Source: Utricularia gibba (taxonomy: Eukaryota; Plantae; Magnoliophyta). Taken from it: DNA of 64,000 nucleotides. Under the pieces are notes generated by a model. The model made no database searches and was not told the origin of the DNA. It worked only from the letters and a program-made list of their open reading frames with translations. Position 1 is the first letter of the stretch, and each line of letters begins with the position of its first letter. Positions 13,666-27,188 of the stretch are shown here, one piece after another. Location of the stretch: positions 806,001 through 870,000 of the forward strand of contig NEEC01000023.1 of NCBI GenBank assembly GCA_002189035.1. Reading direction: 5' to 3'. The position numbers and the translations under genes are program-made.

Positions 13666-15356
13666 ATGTTGAGGAGGAACGTTAGACTGAGGAGGGAGTA
13701 TTTGTACCGAAAAAGCTTGGAGGGGAAAGAAAAATCACTCTATGAAAAGAAGCTCAAGATTCGGGAAGCTTTGGAAGGTAGTTCTTGCTTCTAGTGGCAA
13801 GCATTCAAAAGTGTGTGAACACCGGGTGTTTTTTTTTTTTTTGTAAATTGATTTTCTTCTCCTTTTCAACAGAGAACAAGCCAATCCCTACTGAGCTTAG
13901 GAATGAGGAAGCAGCCCTTCGCCGAGAAATTGACCTTGAAGATGAAAACACTGCTGGTCTGTATTTGTTTTTTATATAATTTTTTGTGAAATTTAGTGAG
14001 GAGAACATGAGATTTTGGTCTGTTTTTGGGATCTTAACGAACATGTTCATTGTAAAGTTGTCGAGCCTGATTTTCCTATGAATTTTGTTGAGGTGTGAAA
14101 TATTGTTTTCTCATTCCAGTTCCTCATTCATCCATCGACGACGAGTATGCTAATGCCTGTGATAGAGATCCTAAAATTTTGCTAACAACATCTCGGAATC
14201 CAAGTGCCCCCCTTACTCAGTTTGTTAAGGTCTTGAAATCTCAAATGTCATGCACTTTTTGTCCTCGTTTGCTCTTTTTAGTTATTCCATCAAATTGTGC
14301 CCACATAATAATACTATCTTGACTCTGCAGGAATTGAAGTTTGTATTTCCTAATTCTGAGAGGATGAACAGAGGTGGCCAGGTTAGTTTGATCCTCTTCT
14401 TCATATCCTGGTATTAAACGTTAGATTTGATGTATTCCAGAAGCCCATATTTTCCCTCTCAACTGCAGGTGATATCCGAAATTGTTGAAACCTGTCGATC
14501 ACATGATTTCACGGATCTTATCTTAGTTCGTGAACATCGTGGTGTCCCAGATGGCATGATTATAAGTCATCTTCCCTTCGGGCCTACAGCTTACTTTGGG
14601 TTACTCAATGTGGTGAGTGGATGTGAATTTGTGTAATTGTGTACATGGCAGTTCTATGAACTCTTATATATGTCATCCTAATGTAGGTGACAAGACACGA
14701 CATCAAGGACAAAAAGGCTGTTGGAACTATGCCTGAGGCTTACCCACATTTGATTCTTGAGAACTTCTCTTTACATGTTTGTGCTTGATTCATTCTTTTA
14801 GCAGTTACTTGTGTTGCTGGAATAGCTCTTACATCCATGAGATAGCATGATGTGTCTTTCTGGTACGTAAAATACAGAGTCTGTTTCTCCTTTCAGGTAG
14901 GTAAAAGAACCGCAAATATTCTGAAGTACTTGTTTCCTGTACCGAAGCCAGATACAAAGCGAATAGTTACTTTCGCTAACAAAGATGATTACATTTCTTT
15001 CAGGTGGGCATTGGGGTGTAGTGATTGCGCCACATATGGTCATGAGTTTTGTATCTTATCTATTTGCTGTCAAATTTGCAGGAATCATGTGTATCAGAAA
15101 CGAGGAGGTCCCAAGTCCATTGAACTGAAGGAGATCGGACCGCGATTCGAGATGCGACTTTATAAGGTACCCCAGATTGCCATCTCCCTCCCTCTCTGTG
15201 CACACTAAACTCCGCGTTCATGTGTGTCTTATGACGCTGCAGATCAAACTGGGAACGATGGACGATGAGGTAGCTCAAGATGAATGGGTTCTTAAGCCTT
15301 ACATGAACACCACCAGGAAACGGAGGTTTTTAGGCGACTCTCTGCCTCCTGAATGA
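13666..15356 (+). CDS. IMP4: U3 snoRNP protein IMP4 (Brix domain), multi-exon
   Basis: MLRRNVRLRREYLYRKSLE, PKILLTTSRNPSAPLTQFVK, EHRGVPDGMIISHLPFGPTAYF, RIVTFANKDDYISFR|NH and ELKEIGPRFEMRLY. TGA at 15354-15356. Confidence 0.95.
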
Positions 15357-15486
15357 CGAGTTTTGGTATCGAGTGGGCTGATGCGTTGCATTACAATTTG
15401 GGGTGCATTTGCCCCATCCTGTTAGAACGCAAACCGCGTGCTTCTACTATTTATCCACTCCTTTCGACAAGAACGAAAAAAAAATA

Positions 15487-16503
15487 ATGGAAAACATCTC
15501 GATCAGCGGAGCAATTTTTATTTCCTTCATGAAACCTTTCGCTTCGAAATGCAGTTTCCCTTCCCGGATTCGCGTGAGCAGCTCTCTCGGCGACGGCGGT
15601 GAAGTCCCTCCGCCGCCGTCGGACCAATTTCGACCGCTGCAGGCGGTGTTCCGGAGGCGCCTTCTCGCCGGCGCTGGCGCCGCTTCTCTTATAGCTCTTG
15701 GCGCTAATTTCTGCGGTGGCACGAGCTTTCTCCTGGGGTTCTCGCCGGAGGTGGCTCGGAGCCTGAAGCTCGATGCAGTTTATCCGGTCGGTGGATTCTT
15801 CCGGTACATTGACACGAGCCAAGGATTTGGTCGGTAAATTGTAGTTGTCTCTCTTAGGGCTGTACGGAGCTTCACCGCTGTTTTCTGAATTCGAATACGA
15901 TGCAGAGTTCGTATATCCAGAGAGCTGGGTCGGTGATCAGACGTTACTGTACAGAGCCGCTGGAGAAGCGGAACGACCGCTGGATCCTCCTCCTGTGGAA
16001 GGGCGAAAGAAGATGAAGGGGCCGGTGGTGGCATTCGGCCCTCCGGCTTCGACGGGAGAGCTGAACGTGAGTGTCATTGTGTCGTCGGTTCCCATTGGCT
16101 TCTCGTAAGTGGACATGTTCATTTGGAGGAAGCATCATGATCCCACAGTGAAGTGATCTGACGCCGGAGGCATCATCACAGGATGGAGTCGTTCGGTGGA
16201 GCGGGGGAGGTGGGAGACGCCATCGTCAAGACGATCACGGCATCCAGCAGAGGCACAGACGTGAAGGGAAGGCTGCTGGCTGCCAGGCTGAGAGAAGATG
16301 CGTCGAGGAACATCAAGTATTACGAGCTTGAATTTGTTGTTCAGAGCTCAACTTTCCAGCGCCACAACGTGGCTGTTTGCTGCGCCCACAAGGGAAAGCT
16401 CTTCACCCTCAATGCGCAGGCGCCGGAATCTGTTTGGCCTCACGTCAAATCGCAGTTCACTGCCATTGCTCATTCTTTCAACATAGAGGATATGCATGTG
16501 TGA
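15487..16503 (+). CDS. PPD7: PsbP domain-containing thylakoid lumen protein, 3 exons
   Basis: Transit peptide with RRR motif and hydrophobic stretch, SLKLDAVYPVGGF, EFVYPESWVGDQTLLYRAA, NVSVIVS, YYELEF and LFTLNAQAPES. Introns at about 15830-15905 and 16106-16181. Confidence 0.88.
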
Positions 16504-16743
16504 GCAGAAAACAAAGAAATACAAGTTTTTTCTGGCATCAATGGATGGAGAATCTTTGTACTACAGGAGTTCAAGTATTCATTCCCACAACCGCATAATT
16601 AACCTCCTCTCTCACTTTCCAACAGTGACAACTAAAAATTTCAAACAAGGCCTGTGATATATGTACGTAAGATGTAACAACGACTGAAGATAAAGACAGC
16701 ATCCTGGTTTTCTGAAAAATATCACCTGAAGAAGTTGAGGCTG

Positions 16744-19700
16744 TCACTCAATTCGAGCATTCTCAGAAGATGGGGTTCCAGCAAGCCAACCCCATACGCC
16801 ACCTGAGTTCTGCTTTTGCCTTGCCATCACTGCAGCTTGTTCAGAAGCAGCCTTTTGTCGCTGTAGGATTTCGAGTTCCTTCTGAAGTGTCTCCATTGTC
16901 TGTAGCTTCTGCCTCAGCTCTGCAACGTCCACCTATCATTTCAAGCACAAAAGCGTTACTCTCGCAGATCTTTGGCCCAAGCTGTTAATGCTTCCAGCTG
17001 TAGTGACATGCTATAATCCAACATTAATATACATGGAGAGACGCTCATTATAGATTACAATGAAGATGCTGATGAGCCATTTTCAGCATGCATTCAGTGG
17101 GTTTTAAAGCTCTGTATCGCGATGCTGGAAGTTGTCGATCAACCAGAATACTTACCTCGAGTTTGAAACATCTGGACTGTTCAGCAACAAGCTGGCTGCG
17201 TACCGATTGCAGTTCCTGAAAAAAATATAATTTCATATCAGGAAACTTGGATTAGTCGCCAATGTGGAAGGTTTCTCTTCATTCAGAAACTTCCGTTTTC
17301 TAGCATGCGCAAAACGATCAGTAACACAGTAAGATCTAAAATAAAACTTACCTTGTAGGTTTCTGCACTACGAGACTCTGCTTCTCTCAATTCTTCCCTT
17401 AGTTTCTCCGTCTGCATTTTCTCATTGGAGATAGATGATTCTAAATCTTCCTTGTCTGCCTGGGCAGCAGCTAGAAGGCGCTCATTTGTCTCTCCAGCAT
17501 GGGTAATCTGAAAGTGCCACAGATATAATTTTTGAATTCTTAGCTAATATGATCACAATTCTTGACTAAAAAATGCGATCATCCGGGTCTACAGCAACAC
17601 AAAAGTACACAATTGTGTGCATGGATAAAAACGTGGAAGTATCTCATACCTTGGGTTCGTTATCTACATTGTCAACAGAAATTAAACTTATTTTTCCTTC
17701 TTGGCCAGTCTCAGACTCAGATTCCACATCTTTGGGTGCATTTGTGAAATTTTGATTTTCATCAGCATAAACAATGTCACGCTCTAATGTAGACTGTGAC
17801 GTTGATTTACGGCTTGGTTTTAGAACATTGACCTGTTAGCAGAAATTAAGTAAAAACAGCAGAGATTGATGGAACAAACAAACCTATGGAGCAGGAAAGG
17901 CGAAAGTAATACTCATACCTCGTTGTTGTATCTCCCGTTATATCCACCAAAAGAAACAAGGAGGTCTTCTCCATTGTAAGAACTAAGGACTAAACTGGAG
18001 CCCTGCAGATTAGTACGTTGAGTTAGTGAAAAAACTAAAATAATGAAATACTGCCACTTGGTTTCTTGAAGAATGGAATAACCTCACTAGCAAGAGGAAC
18101 ACGTCCTTGGACAGCAGTTACCACTGACCATTCACGTGTAGACATGTTAAGGACAACAGTCTCTGACGACCCTGCAAATGCAATACATGAATGCGCTATG
18201 CAAAAAAGGCATATAGCTTCTTTAAAAGTCAATGCACATTCAAATAGAACTCAATAAAACAATATCTAAACCTTATTCCAACATGGCGAGATCAGAGAGT
18301 AGTTAAAAATTCTTACCACTCTTGTTGTTACCCCCACCGACTATAAACCAGTTCTCTCCAATTGTAACTCCTGCATGGCCTGCACGAGGACTTGGTGTTT
18401 CACCCTTCTGAGTTGGCCTTGACCATTCCATCTACAGAACTCATAAGAACTCAAAGCGTCAAAAGCTACAGATCGAGAACTTGGAAACTAAAAGGATCAA
18501 AATATGTATATAACTCACAGTTTGAAGATCTAGGACATGAAGATCATTGAAGCATGTTGCATGTGAACCCCCACCAAAGATGAAAAGGTAACGGTCTTCA
18601 TGTACTGCTGCAGCATGACCAGATCTAGGAGAAGGTGGCACGCCCCTACAAAAGTAAAAGAGAACCACAAACGAGATTCATTGATCAAGCCAACTAGATG
18701 AAGCTATGTGAACCAAACGTTCATCTTCATGTTACAAAGCTCTTCCAACAATGACCGAATCAATTAAGAACCAAGAGAGATAATGACAACCCACATCAAT
18801 TTAATGCATTCCCAGTTTTCATTGTAACCCAGCACACCATATACTAAGAACACGGCCCAAGATTAAAATCATTCACTGCCTGAAAGATTCAAACAGCACC
18901 AAAAGATGTCCGGAAAAGCTTTTCCAATTAGTTGGAAAGCAGGTTCTTTGAAATGATTGCCAAATAGCATAGCTTCTAGATGATCTCCAGCATGCAATAT
19001 GTTTGGAAACTAGGTAAACAATGGGGAACGAATGTGGATTCGAAGTCAGATTGGGAGGCTTTGGGAAAACCTACACAGTATCCATTTCATCCCACGTCAT
19101 GGTTTCCAAGTCCAAGATGTGCAAGTCATTCAAAAGAGATCGCTTTGCATCTTCTCCACCAAATATCACCAGAGTAGATCCCACAATAGTAACAGACTGC
19201 CCTCCTCGAGATACCTCCACAAGAAGAATACAAAAAAAGGGTAAGATCTTATGCCAATCCTTGAAAAAAAGATGGAAGGAAGAAGAAGTGATACTGGAGG
19301 AGTTCCATATGTCTTCAAGGCTGTCCATGCAGAAGTTTTCAAATCAAGCATCCTCACTAAAAAAACACATAAATCCTTCAGGAGGTTATTACATGTAAAC
19401 TAAAGTTGATTTCAGGAAACCTAAGAGACATAAATGACATACATTATGGGCATGAACTAATACAACAAGAGACTCATCCTCATTCACATCTCTTTAGCAA
19501 ATAGCCAATGTCCTAATAGATGTTGACAAAAAATCTACATTTACAAAAAAAAAAAAAAAAAAAAAAAAAATCTAAAAGACTAGATAGAATGCTCGTTAAA
19601 ATTTGGAATTTATATTTTGCATTGAATTGAGTGATATTTTGTACAACAAAACAGTCGAATATGAATCCAGTCTAATGTACAAGCTAAAATCTAGTCGATG

Positions 19701-22280
19701 CAACTACATGTGTAATCAAGAACCAACTCAAATACAAATAGCCTTGTCCTAACATGATTAACAATAAGGAGATTACATGCAGCCAGCTTTATCACCTTGC
19801 AAAGTTTCCGTAGAATCCTTTGCATGTCCAGCCACTGAAATAAGTTTATGCCCATCCCATGGTATCTGTAAAATGCGCAGTAAATTTAATGACTGAATCA
19901 CTTGCTCAAAATATTAAATGATCAATATAGCATTCCACAGTGTCATTGAAACTTCCCCTCTATTTACAAAATGACAATTAGATGCTGCTACTGAATACAA
20001 TGCACTGAACATCTATCAATGCAGCTAATAAGCCACCATGGTCTCTCTAAATGAGAGGGCTACAAACCAGTGAATGGCCAGCACATGGAGAAATCGTGTT
20101 CCCCTTCTCCAACTTAGCTTCAACTTTGGACCAAGTCCACGTTCTCATATCCAAAACCTAATATAAGCACAGAAAATAAAAACCCATAGTCTGATTTCAG
20201 AGGTAAAAGTGCTAGAAAATCTAAGAAGAGAGGAAGAAAACTGAACAAGAATCCAGGGATTTAGGCTATTTAGGCATAGCCGCACATACAGAGAATGAAG
20301 TTCCTAATGGTTCCAACAACTAGATCAACTATTTTACATTTGCATACAATATATCAACATGCATATGTACATCACATTTTGAAGTAAAAGATCCAGGGGA
20401 CCATTACCTGGATATCATTAAGGTAACGTCCATTGTGATTGCCACCAAATATGTACATTTTATATCCAAGGACAGCTGCTCCATGCTGTTAACATAGAAC
20501 ATAAATTTGAAACTAATGAAAACCATACAAGTTTAAATGCCCTTTCTCACAGATATCAAAATACATGAGAAGCAAAATGTAAGGCATAAATCTGACACCT
20601 CATATCTAGCTTTAGGTAAGGTTCCAGAAATCAGAGGAGCCACCCATTGGTCATAAACGCTAACTGTGCTGGTAACTTCAGATAATACATCTTTATCCTG
20701 AGCATCCGTTAAGTCAAGCTTTTCTGTTGGGACAGCCTTGACTTCTGAGACAATTTCCCCATTAGTCGATATTGGAAGAGTTTCAGGATTATGCTGCACC
20801 AAAAGAAAAAGTGTAAATTTTTGGAAACAAAGCAATTTAAAACATTCTGTAATAGGTTTAAATTTTCTGTCTGAATTAAGAGCACATAGCATTAAGAAGA
20901 AAATAAAAAATTTCAATGGAATCAGATGGGAAAATAATTTAGTAGCACAAAGAGTCTTATTTTCACAGAAGTAAATTGCAAACCATTGTTTGTTAGAATC
21001 GAATGGAACCCGGCCAATGTAGAAATTAACAGCAATACCAAAGTAACATGTATATTTAGTAGCAAACTTACATTCATTTCGACATCTCGAACAGGATCTG
21101 CAACGATATCTGAAACCCTAGAATACCATCCTGGATGTTCTTCCTGTCTTGGGAGAGTTCCAGGTGAATACTCTAATAAGTTTCACAACGAAGATAATGC
21201 AAACAAGTTTATATTGACCTCTAAAATTTTGACAAAAAGCCGCATTGCTTCAGTGGAAGCCAGGTTTCCTAGTCCGTTCCAGCTTCACAAGTAAAAGAGA
21301 AGCTGGCTTTAGTTCCTCTTTTTCTGTTTCTCTTATGCGAAAACATGTCAATGCTAATAAGGGCATCGCTATTTTAGAGCCTAGTGAGTGCAAACCTTGT
21401 CCATTTTCCATGCTCAATGGGACTCCATCCTCTTGGCTTTTGAATATTGCAAGGTCCTACGGTAGCCTTTAACCACCAAACAAACAACCCCATTATTAAT
21501 GACCAAATTAAACTCATCCTGAACTATTTTATCGCCATTTAATTGTTTTAATCAGAAAAAAAGATCCCGCATATAATCCAAAATATCAAATCTCACTATT
21601 CAAGTTGAAATATCTGCATCCAAATTGATGATCAACAGAATTGCTAAATATTTGAAATTGGTACAAATGGATGAAATCCGTTGTACCAATTCAACAAAAC
21701 CCGACTTAAATGAATATAAAAATAATTAGTAGCACGTAACAGCAAACCCGAATGAGATACAAGGATTTCACAATTAAAGCTCCAGATTGCTACAAAAGTA
21801 GGAAGCCTTAGAAGGATTTCCAGCAATGACGATATGTCTGCTTTCGAAGAAACTTCTTAGATCAAGAGGAAAAAACAAAGTTTCCAGAAAGATCAAATTT
21901 GGATGTTGGGCAAACACATTGTTAAGATTATCATTCATCCCAATCCAGAAAACTGATTCAGATAATTTGACGAAAATCAGTCATTATCCAGAGCCTAAGA
22001 CCAAAAGGCGAGCGGATCAAACGCAAATGGATGGACCTAAAGCTCTGGTCAAAATGAAGGCGACAAAAAACTGAAGAGCTGATGAAACAAAAGCGAAAGT
22101 TTCAGAACCTAAGACCTGCTGATATAGAGCATATAGTAGCAATGCGGAGTCATTTGAGAACTTGGAGGTAACGTCTCTTGATGCGGAGGTGGGAGATCCA
22201 CCAAATCCAGCGTACGCCGCCGCCGAATAGAATCTATCCGGATAAGAGAGACCGGTCAATGCTCTTGCCGTCGTCTCCAT
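16744..22280 (-). CDS. ACBP4: Acyl-CoA-binding protein with kelch repeats and C-terminal coiled coil (class IV ACBP), multi-exon
   Basis: METTARALTGLSYPDRFYSAAAYAG, LLLYALYQQ, SWNGLGNLASTEAMRLFVKILE, several kelch exons (IFGGEDAKRSLLNDLHILDL, PSPRSGHAAAVH, PSPRAGHAG) and the end GVWGWLAG. Stop at 16744-16746. Confidence 0.95.
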
Positions 22281-22624
22281 CGTCGCCGACCGCTGGCGAT
22301 TTCAGATCGGAATCAAGAAGCAATGGCAGTCGTTGAGATGAAGAAATTGATAAATGAGTACAACGCTATACTATACAAACTTAATTGATGCAGTTATTAT
22401 TTGTCTTGAAATTATTTTACAGCTGTAAATAGTAAAAAAATATTTATGTTTCTTAATGTTCGTTTCATTCCCAATTTCCTCTTCTTCTTTAACCATGTGA
22501 GGGGAAGGTTCAATAACTGCTTCTGCATACTGATGATCGCTCGAGGTTTAAGCTTCTCCGGTTCGTGTTGAGGTTACGTTTTCTGAGACACCTGCGGCTT
22601 CCGAGGTCCAAGGCGGTACCCGTG

Positions 22625-25600
22625 ATGAACGCCGATGAAACTGGCAACGCCGACACTCAACCGCCGCTCGATTGGAAGGATGAACGGGTTAAGGTCGAGT
22701 TTTTTGTGCCTACAGCGAGTGTCTCTTTTTCCGGCACGGCTGTCACTGCTGTCGCTTGTAATGAGGAAGTTGCTAGGGTTTCGCCAGCAGATGCGCATGC
22801 TGATGAAGTGGAAGGCTCGGTGATGTTGAAGACGCCGAAGGAGAATGGTGTAGACGGAAATGTGAGCGAAGGACCCGTGGAGGGTCCAACGATCGCTTCT
22901 CGTTCTGTCCCGTTTGATTATGGTGATGAAGCTGTACAGAATGTGTGCCCGAAAAGTGAGAATAATAAATTAGTTGGGGATTATGCTTCGATGTTGTTTG
23001 AATTTGATCGTTTCGCATACAAGGGAGGTGGTGAAACTGTTGGATATGGGTATGAGATTGGTGATATGGTATGGGGTAAAGTGAAGTCTCATCCATGGTG
23101 GCCTGGACAAATCTTTAACGAGTTGCTTGCTTCTCCTGCGGTAAGGAGAACTAAGCGTGAAGGCCATGTACTGGTTGCGTTTTTCGGGGATGGTAGTTAT
23201 GGGTGGTTTGATCCGGCAGAGTTGATTCCATTTGTAGAGAGCTTTATGGAGAAGTCTCAGCAGTCTCCTTCTCGATCTTTTGTCACCGCAGTGGAGGAGG
23301 CTGTGGATGAGTTGTCGAGAAGGAGGAGCTTGGGAATGGCTTGCCGCTGTAGAAATGAATTTAACTTTTGGCCCTTTAGTGTCGATGGCTACTTCACTGT
23401 TTATGCAGGGGGTTATGAACCTGGTGCTTATTCGATGAGCCAGATCAATAGGGCGAGGGAGGAGTTCCGACCGAAGGAAATGCTTTCTTTTGTCCAACAA
23501 ATGGCGTTGCGACCAAAAACTGACAACAATCTGACCATTGAGTTTTTTAAGAACAGGGCCACAGCTCTAGCTTGCAGGAAAGCTTTTTACGAGGAATTTG
23601 ATGACACATACGCCCAAGCCTTTGGGTCTGCACCAGCACGACCTGCTAAGCCTACTGCTCCATTGTCTGTGGATCCATATGGAGGTGTGGGATATTCCTG
23701 ATTGCAGTTGTTTCTGCAGATCCGTGTTGGTGATGAATGGCAGAAAACCAGTTCCTGCTTCTAAATTTTTTTAAACTGACGTTTATGTCTAGTTGTTAGT
23801 CATTTCACCTTTTTCATATTTAGGTGTCTTAGGGAACCGCTGTTTTTGAAGTGATCATCAAAACTGCTGTGGGATTTATTTGTATTTTACAAAACTGCTG
23901 AAATTTTTCTTGCACAATGGTTTGCATTTCTTTTGAAAATAGATTCTACAATATGATGTGTGAATTCAGTTTCTCAGCAATTGATCTTCTTTGCGTGTTT
24001 TTTTTCTGGAAAAACAACATTGCACATAATGAGTTGCATTCCTGCTCCTATGTTTATGCAGCTTCTTTGAGTGGCCGGCTGGTACTTGCTGAAGACCTTG
24101 GAAAAGGGAAGCCCTTTTTGGCACCGAATCTCATGAAGGATGAATTGGATAAAGAGCAATATTTGTTCAAAAGACGTGATGAACCAGCTATCATGAAAGC
24201 CAATAAAACTTCATCCCATGTCGCAACACTAAGTGATTTTGGAATGCAAGGTCATCTGCAACAGAGCTTTGCTGTATCTGGCGCAAATACTTTCTCTAGT
24301 CAACCGACAAGAGGGGATGCTCGCGTTGCAAGTGGAAATAAAAGTTTGAAGTTACATAAGAAGGATCATGTGCCAATGAGCGATACACGTCCACTGATAA
24401 TTGATCAAAAGATGAAGAGAAAGAAAGAATCAGGCTCTCATGGGGGATCTCTTGATCCTGGTGCCCCAAGAATGACACTGGTCAAGAAGATGAGGAAGAA
24501 GTTGAGAGGTGCAGTGAGTGGTGCTTATATGAGATCAGCTAAAAGTAACACGGCAACATTTGGGCAGCAAGTTCCTCAGATGTTGAGCAGTGGTCCAGTT
24601 GGTGGTGCTAATAATCAAGTTGAAAATCAGCTGGATGTTGTCACGTTCTTGCGAATGGCTCGGTCACAACAACAAGGGCGTGAGATGAGAAATCCAGAGC
24701 TCTTAATGCTTCTTCGAGACCTTCGTGCACTTGCAATTAATCCATTCCATGAAGTTGAGAGGTGCTGCCCAGCTGTTTCTCACCGGGTCTTCTTGAAATT
24801 CAGATCTCTCATCTATCAGAAGAGCTTGGTTTCCTCTTCTCCAGCTACAGAAGAGACAACTGAATCTCATGTGACAAGATTACCTTCTTCTATTCCTCTG
24901 CAGGATCCCGCATATAGAAGCCGTGAAAAATCATCAGTTAAGCTTGCCCGACCGTCAGTGAGGCCTGGTGATCCGACTAGAGGTGGTAAGAAACGCATTT
25001 TATCCGACCAGCTAGACGTTGTTAAGAAAAGGAAGCTGGATGACTCAAAGGAGATTTATCCCAATAGGCTTGCGAATGTAGGGAGTGACATCAAGAAGAA
25101 GGTGATGAATGACTCGAAGTTATCAGCCATGAAGATTCCCCATAAGTCTGCCGTAGCTCAGCGGAGAGATTTGAAGGAATTTCCTGTAAAACCACTGAAG
25201 TCCACAAAATCCGATTCTAGCAGAGGTGAGAAACTGGGAAAAGTACGGCATCGAACTGCACTGATGATGAAGTTTCCAAAGGGTGCATCCCTTCCCTCTG
25301 GTGCAGAACTCGCCGCAAAATTTGCTCGCTTCGGGCCTCTGGAATTCACAGCCACTCGGGTTTACTGGCAAACAGAAACCTGCCGCCTGGTCTTTCAGCA
25401 CAAGGTTGATGCAGAAGCTGCTCTAAAATTTGCTGCTTCGAGCGAGTCCTTATTCGGGTACGAGAATGTGTTTTGCCATCTCAAAGATGCAGCCACGGAG
25501 GGAGCAGAAACCAAGACAGCCAAGGTTCAGAAGGAAGACACGCCCAAGGACATTCCCGTATCCCGCACCGAGCCAGTGCTACAGATCAAGTCAATCCTCA

Positions 25601-25947
25601 AGAAACAGCCCAACGACGAGGTTGGCAATGGCAGCGGTAGAGGTGCAAGGGTGAAGTTCGTTTTGGGTGGGGATGGAAGCCCCAGCACCGATCCCAATCC
25701 TGTTGCCGCCGCAAGGCATTCAAATTCAATGGATTTTAGAACTAAAAACGTTGTTCCCAAGCTAAATCCCCAGCCTGGTGGTGTTGCCGGCCGACTTGGG
25801 AACCGAAAACCGTCGAGCTTGATGCCATCATCGGTGGCGGTGGCAGCGGATATCTCCGGTGAGCTGTTGAGCTTATTGCACCGGTGCAGGGATGTGGTGA
25901 ACGATGTGAGCGGGGCACTGGGGTACGTGCCCTACCATTCCTTGTGA
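22625..25947 (+). CDS. PWWP domain chromatin protein (PDP-like), 2 exons
   Basis: GDMVWGKVKSHPWWPGQI, LVAFFGDGSYGWF, EEFDDTYAQAFG, C-terminal LMMKFPKGASLPS..FARFG and LGYVPYHSL. Intron 23685-24061. Confidence 0.92.
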
Positions 25948-26343
25948 CGAGGCGTTGTGCAGGTTTGCGTTGTATTGTTCTCAGGGACCATGTGTTATGG
26001 ATGAAATGAATTTTGTTGCCCAAAACCCCATCCATCCGTCGTCCATGATGCATCCTCTGCTGCTAACCCTCCTCGCTCCCGTTGTGGAATCCCTAGCTCG
26101 AATGCTTAATGCGACGAAACCAATGGAGGATACTACAGATTTCTCGAGTATCCCCCCGCCCAATTAATTTACAGGATGACGCGTTTCATTCTTTTTCCCG
26201 TGCCTAAAAATTTTTGTGTGCATATATATATAAGCTTTTTATGGGATGGGGGGACTGGACTGGCTGCTTGTTTTCAAGAGAGAGAAACCGAGTGGTCAGT
26301 TTTCAGCAACTCTGCGAAAACCGAGATCCACGAGGAGATCGAC

Positions 26344-26703
26344 ATGGCCGCCGCCTTCAGATTTCTGCCGGTACTCTGCTGCTTTCTCGCCGCGCTAGCG
26401 CTCTCGAACACGAACGCATCCGGGGGCCGCGATTCATCACCGGCGCTGTGGATCATGCCGTCCGTCAACGACGGGGGGTGCAAGGGGACCATCGGCGAGT
26501 GCGCGGAGTCCGATTTGGACCTGGATTCCGAAACCAATCGGCGAATTCTGCAGTCCACGACTCGCTACATCAGCTACGGAGCGCTGGCCAGGAACAACAT
26601 CCCTTGCTCGCGTCGCGGCGCGTCGTACTACAATTGCCGCGCCGGCGCGGAGGCGAACCCTTACACCCGCGGCTGCAGCGCCATAACGCTGTGCCGCAGC
26701 TGA
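26344..26703 (+). CDS. RALF: Rapid alkalinization factor precursor (canonical RALF, RRXL/YISY type)
   Basis: Signal peptide, acidic pro-region, site-1-protease site RRIL, YISY motif and four conserved Cys (IPCSRRGASYYNC, YTRGCSAITLCR). Intronless. Confidence 0.97.
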   Translation: MAAAFRFLPVLCCFLAALALSNTNASGGRDSSPALWIMPSVNDGGCKGTIGECAESDLDLDSETNRRILQSTTRYISYGALARNNIPCSRRGASYYNCRAGAEANPYTRGCSAITLCRS

Positions 26704-26927
26704 TTGGGTGATTGTCAATAATTTCATCGCTGTCAATAATTTTTTGTTAGTTTGTGGTGTGGCGTTTGGGTATAGGAAGGAACAATGGGGTTGGATGTAA
26801 TCATGATTTGCAAGAAAGCGCGTTTAGAGGCAATGGACACGGGCCGGGCAGCCACCAAGTAGGTACAGCTGGATGGGTGACCACTTGACTCAAAATATAA
26901 ATATCTACCTGCCTCATTAATCATCCT

Positions 26928-26951
26928 GAAGAAGAAGAAGAAGAAGAAGAA
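26928..26951 (+). repeat. (GAA)n microsatellite between the converging RALF and PP2C 3' ends
   Basis: gaagaagaagaagaagaagaagaa. Confidence 0.9.
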
Positions 26952-27188
26952 GCCATTTAGCTGTAACTTAGGTGTGGAGCGTTTGGCATTTGGGTAAGCG
27001 CCGAGAACGATCCTCAAGCGCAACCCTGTAAGCAGTCTGGAGGCGGCAGATGGAGCTGTAAATGTGACGCCTCTGGTCAGTATCAAGATCCAGATTCGGA
27101 TCGGGTTTTTGCATCAATCCTCGTGTCGGAGACCCGACGGATGTGCATACAAGTGTGGGAAGGAAAAAGCGGAACTCAGGCTGCAATT

